From Nitrospirota bacterium (GTDB taxonomy: Bacteria; Nitrospirota; UBA9217): a stretch of DNA of 64,000 bases. The position numbers and the translations under genes are program-made. How positions within the stretch are numbered: the first letter of the stretch is position 1; the number at the start of each line of letters is the position of its first letter. The notes under the pieces were generated by a model. That model did not search any database and was not told the DNA's origin. It was given only the letters and a program-made list of their open reading frames with translations. Of the stretch, positions 57,971-64,000 are shown one piece after another. The stretch spans positions 76,875 through 140,874 of the forward strand of contig DATJZV010000026.1 in NCBI GenBank assembly GCA_035498715.1, given 5' to 3'.

Positions 57971-60900
57971 ATGCAGAGAGAGCTTTTCCTCGGTATCGAC
58001 ATCGGTTCTGTAACCATCAAGACCGCGGTCGTCGATGCAGGCAGGAACGTCCTTGCTGAAACCTATACGCGGACCAAGGGAGACCCGGCCAGCTCTCTTG
58101 CTAACGAACTCACGGCGCTTTCGTCACAATTCCCTGAATCCATGATACGATCCGCAGGCATAACGGGGAGCGGCGGCAAACAGCTCGCCGAGATCATAGG
58201 TGCGCGGTTCATTAACGAAATCCTCGCACAGTCTCTTTTTGCCGGACTCTATCACCCTCACGCGCGGACCATTATCGAGATGGGAGGCGAGGATGCGAAG
58301 CTCATCAGCCTCGTGCCAGATTCATCGTCAGGTGGCGTCAAGATAGAAGACTTTGCCATGAACACGGTTTGCGCCGCGGGAACGGGCTCTTTCCTCGACC
58401 AGCAGGCGTCTCGCCTTAACCTCTCGATAGAAGAATTCAGTCGTATCGCGCTTCAGTCAAAGACGCCGCCGCGTGTGGCCGGGCGGTGCAGCGTGTTCGC
58501 TAAGAGCGATATGATCCACCTGCAGCAGATCGCCACGCCGGACTTCGATATTGTGGCGGGGCTGTGCTATGCTATGGCCAGGAACTTCATGGCCACCGTT
58601 GGAAAAGGCAAAAGTTTTCCGGCGCCGCTCCTGTTCCTCGGCGGTGTTGCCGCGAACCTTGGCATGCGTAGGGCATTCCGTGATGTCCTGAAACTAGCAG
58701 AGTCCGGAATGACTGTGCCGCATCACTTCAACACTTCCGGGGCCATTGGCGCAGCGCTTACGGCTTTGCAGCATCCCGAGCACGCAAGCCCATATCAAGG
58801 CATATCCGCGCTCACCGCTTATCTGTCTAGCGGACTGCAGCTTGAGAAGAGCGTTGTGAGTCCTCTCGCGAAGCCGATGGGCATTATGCCGAACCCGGAC
58901 CAGGATACTGTGCCAGGATCGAACGGCTTGATCGAAGCGTACCTTGGCGTGGATGTCGGGTCAGTCTCGACCAACGTCGTGGTTATCGACCGGCACATGC
59001 GTGTACTTTCCAAACGGTATCTGCCAACGGCTGGCCGGCCGATTGAGGCGGTGAAAAAGGGGTTGGCCGAAGTGGGTGATGAGGTCGGTTCCCGAGTGAA
59101 GATCGTGGGCGCAGCCACGACGGGTTCGGGCAGGTATCTAACGGGTGACATGATCGGCGCGGATGTGGTCAGGAACGAGATCACGGCGCAGGCCACAGCG
59201 GCGGCCGTGATCGATCCGGTCGTGGACACTATTTTCGAGATCGGGGGGCAGGATTCCAAGTACATCAGTCTGCGGAACGGTGCGGTTGTGGACTTCGAGA
59301 TGAACAAGGCCTGCGCCGCGGGCACAGGGTCCTTCCTCGAAGAACAGGCCGAGCGCCTTGGCATCAAAATCAAGCGGGAGTTCGAGGACCGGGCATTCTG
59401 TGCCTCTTCACCCTGCGGGCTTGGAGAACGCTGCACCGTCTTTATGGAATCGGACCTGGTGCACTATCTGAACAAGGGGGCAGGTGTGGAAGAGTTGACC
59501 GCAGGTCTTGCCTATTCCATTGCCCATAATTATCTGAACAAGGTGGTGGCCGGCAAGCGGGTCGGCGACCGGATTTTCTTCCAGGGAGGTGTGGCAGCGA
59601 ACAAGGCCGTTATTGCTGCGTTTGAACAGATAACCGGCAAACGTATCACTGTTCCCCCGCACCATGAGGTCACCGGCGCGATCGGTGCGGCCATCCTTGC
59701 AATGCGTGAAGGCACGGGTCGAAGTGCGTTCAAAGGGTTTGACCTGAGCAAGCGTGCGTATAACATCTCGACCTTCGAGTGCGTCGAATGCGCAAACCGA
59801 TGCGACATCCGCCGGGTGAGTTTCGAGGGAGAGAAACCTCTCTTCTATGGGAGCCGGTGCGAGAAATACGATGTCAAGAAAAAATCATCGCTGACCGGCG
59901 TGCTGCCTGATCTGTTCGCAGAGCGCGAGAAGCTGCTTGCGGGAACCGCCCTCTCGCGGACGGCGGCCGATGGCTTACCTAGTATCGGCATCCCCCGGAT
60001 GCTCTATGTGAACGACTATCTGCCGTTCTGGCAGACCTTTTTCACAGAACTCGGGTTCCGCGTTGTGCTCTCTGAGCGCACGACCCGGACACTGATCAAC
60101 CGGGCGCTCGAGGCTACGGTCGCCGAAACGTGCTTTCCAGCCAAGGTCGCGCTTGGACATATCCAGGACCTCCTCGATAAAAAGGTTGACATCCTCTTCC
60201 TGCCGAGCTTTATCCGGTTCCCAGTTTTTAACTCGCGGATAGATAACGCGCAGGCGTGTCCCTATGCACAGGCTTTGCCGTACATTGCGCGGGCTTCCAT
60301 GAGGTTCGGCAGCACTAAGATCGTAGAACCTGTGTTGTATCTCCAGGACGAGCGCAACTTTACCAGAAGTATGAAGGTGCTCGGTAAGGCTCTCGGGAAA
60401 GGTGCGGGCGCAGTGCGCAAGGCGCAGCGGCTTGCGTGGGAGGCACAGGAAGCATTTCACGGGGCTGTCGAAGAGCGGGGCAGCTCGGTCCTGTCCCAGA
60501 TGCAGGCGGGCCAAAAAGCGCTCGTGCTCGTCGGGAGGACTTATAATACTTGCGATCCCGGTGTGAGCATGAATCTTCCGTCGAAGATTCGGGACCTCGG
60601 GTTGCAGGCGATCCCCATGGATTTCCTTCCGCTCCACACCGCGGACATGTCCGGTCTTGAAACCATGTACTGGCGGTCAGGTCAGAAGATCATGGCCGCG
60701 GCAAGGATCATACGCAAACACCCTGGTCTGTACCCAGTGTACATCACTAACTTCGGGTGCGGTCCTGATTCGTTCATCACACATTTCTTCAGGCAGGAGA
60801 TGGGAGACAAACCGTTCCTGCAGCTAGAGATCGATGAGCACAGCGCAGACGCTGGCGCAATTACGAGGATTGAGGCGTTCATGGATAGCCTCAATAATGT

Positions 60901-62143
60901 CGGAAATTCCTCGCAGCATCTCTCATCCCCAGCCAGGTCGGACGGCTCGCTCCGTGCGAAAAAAGTCTATTTTCCGCCGATGACGGACCATGCCCATGCC
61001 CTCGCGGCTGCTTTTCGTGCATGCGGCGTAGACGCAGAAGTACTGCCGGAATCGGACGAGGAAACCGTGCAGATCGGCAAGGAGTTCAGTTCGGGCAGAG
61101 AATGCTATCCTCTCGCCTTGACTACCGGTGACATGATCAAGGCAACACGCAGACGGGGGTTCGATCCTGAGAAGAGCGCTTTTTTCATGCCCACGGGGAA
61201 AGGGCCGTGCAGGTTTGGGCAGTACCACCGCTACCACCGTCAGGTTCTCGATCGGCTCGGGCTCGAGTGCGTAGAGATCCTTGCTCCCATGCAGGATGAG
61301 CGTTTGCATAACGACGTGCGTGCCCTGGACAAGGATTTCGTTCTCATGAGTTGGCGGGGGGCTTTTGCCGTTGATATGCTTCAGAAAGCACGTTGGGAAC
61401 ACCGGCCGTACGAGAAGCGGAAGGGACAAACGGACCGGGTATACCAGACCGCGCTCGACCGCATGACCGCTGCCATAGAGAAGCGGGCAGACCTCCTTCC
61501 CGTGCTGCAGCAGGCATACGAAGATTTCATCGCTATCGAAATAACCGAGCGTCATAAACCGGTTATCGGCATTGTCGGTGAGATTTATATTCGCTCTAAT
61601 CGCTTTAGCAATGAGGACGTTGTCAGTCTGATCGAACGACTCGGCGGAGAGGCGTGGGTCGCTCCCATATCCGAATGGCTTCTGTACGTCAATGAAACGG
61701 CAAAGGTGTCGGCAAAAATGAATCGTTCATGGAATGAACTGCTCAAGGCGTACATAACGGGACGGGTGCAGCGCAAAGACGAGCGTCGGCTGCTGGGCGG
61801 GTTTAATGGTAGCATGAGAAGCCTGCATGAGCCAAGCATCAGGCAGACCCTCCATGCGGCCATGCCGTACATACACCACTCGTTCGAAGGCGAGGCCGTG
61901 TTGTCCGTGGGGAAGTCAATCGACTACATCAACAAGGGAGTTTCGGGCATCTTGAACGTGATGCCGTTCACGTGCATGCCCGGCACTATCGCGAGCGCCA
62001 TCCTTAAGCGGGTACGAGAGGACCATAACAACATCCCCCTCCTGAACATAGCCTACGAAGGCCAAAAGGATTCCCAGACCATAACCCGGCTCGAAGCGTT
62101 CATGCACCAGGCACGGTCGTATCAGCGGCAGAAGAAATCGTGA
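57971..62143 (+). CDS. Fusion protein with two BadF/BadG/BcrA/BcrD-type (HgdC-like) CoA-enzyme-activase ATPase domains followed by DUF2229-type domains homologous to the 2-hydroxyacyl-CoA dehydratase D-component.
   Basis: 1390 aa. The first domain has LGIDIGSVTIKTAVVD...MNTVCAAGTGSFLD. The second has LGVDVGSVSTNVVVID...MNKACAAGTGSFLE (ASKHA ATPase motifs with [4Fe-4S]-bridging Cys). Then come Cys motifs FECVECANRCD...GSRCEKYD and FGCGPDS, and a DUF2229-like C-terminal half. Confidence 0.75.
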   Translation: MQRELFLGIDIGSVTIKTAVVDAGRNVLAETYTRTKGDPASSLANELTALSSQFPESMIRSAGITGSGGKQLAEIIGARFINEILAQSLFAGLYHPHARTIIEMGGEDAKLISLVPDSSSGGVKIEDFAMNTVCAAGTGSFLDQQASRLNLSIEEFSRIALQSKTPPRVAGRCSVFAKSDMIHLQQIATPDFDIVAGLCYAMARNFMATVGKGKSFPAPLLFLGGVAANLGMRRAFRDVLKLAESGMTVPHHFNTSGAIGAALTALQHPEHASPYQGISALTAYLSSGLQLEKSVVSPLAKPMGIMPNPDQDTVPGSNGLIEAYLGVDVGSVSTNVVVIDRHMRVLSKRYLPTAGRPIEAVKKGLAEVGDEVGSRVKIVGAATTGSGRYLTGDMIGADVVRNEITAQATAAAVIDPVVDTIFEIGGQDSKYISLRNGAVVDFEMNKACAAGTGSFLEEQAERLGIKIKREFEDRAFCASSPCGLGERCTVFMESDLVHYLNKGAGVEELTAGLAYSIAHNYLNKVVAGKRVGDRIFFQGGVAANKAVIAAFEQITGKRITVPPHHEVTGAIGAAILAMREGTGRSAFKGFDLSKRAYNISTFECVECANRCDIRRVSFEGEKPLFYGSRCEKYDVKKKSSLTGVLPDLFAEREKLLAGTALSRTAADGLPSIGIPRMLYVNDYLPFWQTFFTELGFRVVLSERTTRTLINRALEATVAETCFPAKVALGHIQDLLDKKVDILFLPSFIRFPVFNSRIDNAQACPYAQALPYIARASMRFGSTKIVEPVLYLQDERNFTRSMKVLGKALGKGAGAVRKAQRLAWEAQEAFHGAVEERGSSVLSQMQAGQKALVLVGRTYNTCDPGVSMNLPSKIRDLGLQAIPMDFLPLHTADMSGLETMYWRSGQKIMAAARIIRKHPGLYPVYITNFGCGPDSFITHFFRQEMGDKPFLQLEIDEHSADAGAITRIEAFMDSLNNVGNSSQHLSSPARSDGSLRAKKVYFPPMTDHAHALAAAFRACGVDAEVLPESDEETVQIGKEFSSGRECYPLALTTGDMIKATRRRGFDPEKSAFFMPTGKGPCRFGQYHRYHRQVLDRLGLECVEILAPMQDERLHNDVRALDKDFVLMSWRGAFAVDMLQKARWEHRPYEKRKGQTDRVYQTALDRMTAAIEKRADLLPVLQQAYEDFIAIEITERHKPVIGIVGEIYIRSNRFSNEDVVSLIERLGGEAWVAPISEWLLYVNETAKVSAKMNRSWNELLKAYITGRVQRKDERRLLGGFNGSMRSLHEPSIRQTLHAAMPYIHHSFEGEAVLSVGKSIDYINKGVSGILNVMPFTCMPGTIASAILKRVREDHNNIPLLNIAYEGQKDSQTITRLEAFMHQARSYQRQKKS

Positions 62144-62261
62144 GTGAGGCAGAATGGTCTCTACCCTTGAGCGGTCCTTAATAGTTTCCAACTTTGCTAA
62201 CTATGGTTATAAGGGTGGTATCCTCGGTTAAACAATCTCAAGGAGTTTATCAATTATGAGC

Positions 62262-62291
62262 TTGACATGATGCAGTGAAATACGGTATGCT
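62262..62291 (+). promoter_or_regulatory. Candidate promoter for cspA.
   Basis: TTGACA (62262-62267), 18-nt spacer, TATGCT (62286-62291). A 5' UTR of about 55 nt with a short inverted repeat (ATCCG...CGGAT) precedes the cspA ATG. Confidence 0.3.
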
Positions 62292-62349
62292 CTGTCAATC
62301 CGTGGATATTTCCCGGATAAATTTCAAAAGGAAGCAGAGGAGAAACAGA

Positions 62350-62553
62350 ATGGCAAATGGTGTAGTGAAGTGGTTCAACAACAGTAAGGGGTTTGGCTTT
62401 ATCACGCAGGACAATGGCGAAGATGTATTCGTACACTTTTCGGCCATCACGGGAGACGGTTTCAAGTCTCTGAACGAAGGAGATAAAGTTACGTTCGAGG
62501 TTGTCAAGGGGCCCAAGGGTCTCCAGGCAGCGAACGTGTCCAAAGTTCAATAA
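62350..62553 (+). CDS. cspA: Cold-shock protein (CspA family, S1-like OB fold).
   Basis: [33 protein letters not shown] (RNP1/RNP2 motifs), 67 aa. Confidence 0.9.
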   Translation: MANGVVKWFNNSKGFGFITQDNGEDVFVHFSAITGDGFKSLNEGDKVTFEVVKGPKGLQAANVSKVQ

Positions 62554-62590
62554 ATATACTGCGAAAAATATTCTAAATAACCACTCCAAA

Positions 62591-62620
62591 AGCCCCGGAG
62601 CGATCCGGGGCTTTTTTATT
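62591..62620 (+). terminator. Rho-independent terminator after cspA.
   Basis: Stem AGCCCCGGA / TCCGGGGCT with a GCGA tetraloop, followed by TTTTTT. Confidence 0.7.
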
Positions 62621-62644
62621 TCTTGGTATCAGCAAGGAGTCATT

Positions 62645-63991
62645 GTGAAATTTGAATCGTTTCAACTTGACCCGAACATCATGGCCGGAGTGAAGGCACA
62701 GGGCTACACCACACCAACCCCCATTCAGCGTCAGGCCATCCCACACGTCATGCAGGGACGCGACGTCTTGGGGCTGGCGCAGACCGGCACCGGCAAAACG
62801 GCGGCGTTTGTGCTGCCAATCCTCGAGCGCTTGTTGCAAGGCCCGCCTGGCCGGGTCCGCGCACTGATCATCGCCCCTACGCGCGAACTGGCCGAGCAGA
62901 TCAACGAATCCATCAAAGAACTCGGCCGCCAGACAAAACTGCAGAGCATCACTATCTATGGGGGTGTGGGTGTGAACCCGCAAATTCAAAAACTGCGGGC
63001 CGGAGTAGATGTTGTCGTTGCCTGCCCCGGTCGACTGCTCGATCACATCAACCAGGGAACTATCAGGTTGTCAAGCATTGAAGTGCTCGTACTGGACGAA
63101 GCGGACCGGATGTTCGATATGGGTTTCCTTCCGGATATCCGCAGGATCCTGAAGCACGTGCCAACGAAGCGGCAGACGCTGTTGTTCTCGGCCACCATGC
63201 CCGATGATATCCGGCGCCTGGCCCACGACATCCTGCATGATCCGGTCACAGTGCAGGTCGGCCATACCGCGCCAGTGAACACGGTGTCGCATGCGCTCTA
63301 TCCAGTCGGGCAGCATCTCAAGACCGCATTGCTCCTGGAACTCCTGCGCCACACCGACACAGGTTCTGTCCTGATCTTTACGCGCACCAAGCATCGCGCC
63401 AAGCGTGTAGCGCAGCAACTGGAAAAGGCGGGTTACAAGGCCGCTTCGCTGCAAGGTAACCTGTCTCAAAACAGGCGTCAGGCCGCTCTCGATGGATTCC
63501 GTGACGGATCGTTCCAGATCCTGGTCGCGACCGACATCGCGGCACGGGGTATTGATGTTTCGAGCATCTCTCATGTCATCAACTACGACATTCCCGACAC
63601 AGTCGATGCTTATACGCACCGCATAGGTCGTACAGGCCGAGCCGCCAAAACCGGGGATGCCTTTACCCTCATAACTCGGGAAGATGAACCCGTGGTGCGC
63701 TCCATTGAGCGCATCCTCGGTGCTAAAATAGAGCGTCGCACGCTCAAAGGCTTTGATTACACAAAACCGGCGCCTGCTCGCGACGCTGAATTCGCGCGCC
63801 CACCGCGAGAACCACAGCGTCGCAGGGATCAGACCGGTGCGAAGCAGCCAGGGGTTCGCACGTCTGCAAGCCATAAAACGGCACACCCGGCGACAACAAC
63901 ACACGGAGCAATAATCCGTCCTGCCGGTACGACCCATCTGTCCGGATCGCGGACGTTTAAGCCCCGCCGATCGCATAACCCGGGCCGCTGA
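62645..63991 (+). CDS. DEAD-box ATP-dependent RNA helicase (RhlE/DeaD-like) with an Arg/Pro-rich C-terminal tail.
   Basis: GTG start 5 nt after an AAGGAG ribosome-binding site. Q-motif (TPTPIQRQAIP), motif I AQTGTGKT, PTRELA, DEAD (VLDEADRM), SAT, HRIGRTGR. The ORF-track start at 62501 overlaps cspA and was rejected. Confidence 0.85.
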   Translation: MKFESFQLDPNIMAGVKAQGYTTPTPIQRQAIPHVMQGRDVLGLAQTGTGKTAAFVLPILERLLQGPPGRVRALIIAPTRELAEQINESIKELGRQTKLQSITIYGGVGVNPQIQKLRAGVDVVVACPGRLLDHINQGTIRLSSIEVLVLDEADRMFDMGFLPDIRRILKHVPTKRQTLLFSATMPDDIRRLAHDILHDPVTVQVGHTAPVNTVSHALYPVGQHLKTALLLELLRHTDTGSVLIFTRTKHRAKRVAQQLEKAGYKAASLQGNLSQNRRQAALDGFRDGSFQILVATDIAARGIDVSSISHVINYDIPDTVDAYTHRIGRTGRAAKTGDAFTLITREDEPVVRSIERILGAKIERRTLKGFDYTKPAPARDAEFARPPREPQRRRDQTGAKQPGVRTSASHKTAHPATTTHGAIIRPAGTTHLSGSRTFKPRRSHNPGR

Positions 63992-64000
63992 GTGGCCTCT

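Noticed and set aside
62275-62349. Upstream extension of cspA ([11 protein letters not shown]...), and the 62501 start for the DEAD-box gene.
   Set aside because: The extension runs through the candidate cspA promoter. Csp proteins begin MxxGxVKWFN, here at 62350. The helicase start at 62501 would overlap the cspA coding sequence and terminator; a GTG with a ribosome-binding site at 62645 fits.
1-64000. Looked for CRISPR arrays, rRNA genes, additional tRNAs and prophage or integrase genes.
   Set aside because: I saw no regularly spaced direct repeats, no rRNA-like conserved blocks, no second tRNA cloverleaf, and no integrase or recombinase ORFs apart from IS TnpA.

Overview
This 64 kb window looks like a mostly housekeeping chromosomal region with interspersed accessory or low-GC islands. 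It is roughly 55-60% GC and resembles an anaerobic Desulfobacterota- or Nitrospirota-type bacterium; that taxonomic guess rests on gene content only. I found no CRISPR array, rRNA gene or prophage. The one candidate novel system is the PHP nuclease plus UvrD-like helicase pair listed first under accessory content, and I could not confirm it as new.

Core genes recognised from their translated sequence:
- pcnB, rsmE, rpiB-glyA, comEB-like dCMP deaminase, nrdR, priA.
- A minus-strand emrB-emrA-tolC efflux operon.
- mltA, glgB.
- mrcA-ileS-lspA-lgt-rluD.
- rlmN, dtd, one tRNA-Leu(CAG), bamD-sirC.
- cspA followed by a DEAD-box helicase.

Accessory and unusual content:
1. A PHP-domain protein (TIGR00375 / endonuclease-Q-like) sits next to a short UvrD-family helicase, with a small ORF between them whose stop overlaps the helicase start. 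This is the likeliest candidate for an uncharacterised nuclease-helicase system.
2. An apparently intact IS200/IS605 element (tnpA plus tnpB) lies between glgB and a transketolase gene. The TnpB reading frame runs about 100 codons past its last RuvC motif into the probable guide-RNA (omegaRNA) / right-end region.
3. A fused transketolase gene sits beside a form-IV RuBisCO-like protein (RLP) with substituted active-site residues.
4. A low-GC cluster holds two tandem RibD_C reductase-like paralogues, an SRPBCC/AHSA1-like protein and a SnoaL/NTF2-like protein. An NahK-like sugar kinase gene lies just upstream at native GC.
5. A low-GC island carries a DUF1848 Cys-cluster protein and a PMT-like membrane protein with TPR repeats.
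6. A Lon-like protease has a Walker A lysine replaced by arginine.
7. A 1390-aa protein fuses two CoA-enzyme-activase ATPase domains to DUF2229 domains. It is divergently arranged with a DUF4388 + J-domain + TPR protein.
8. A DUF3015/DUF4105 pair of envelope proteins.
9. A DUF853 (HerA-like) NTPase.
10. A decayed cation-diffusion-facilitator gene remnant frameshifted inside a (GGCTG)3 repeat. The rpiB promoter lies in its tail.

All calls come from reading the translated ORFs and the sequence by eye. No database search was run. Coordinates of starts are approximate where noted.
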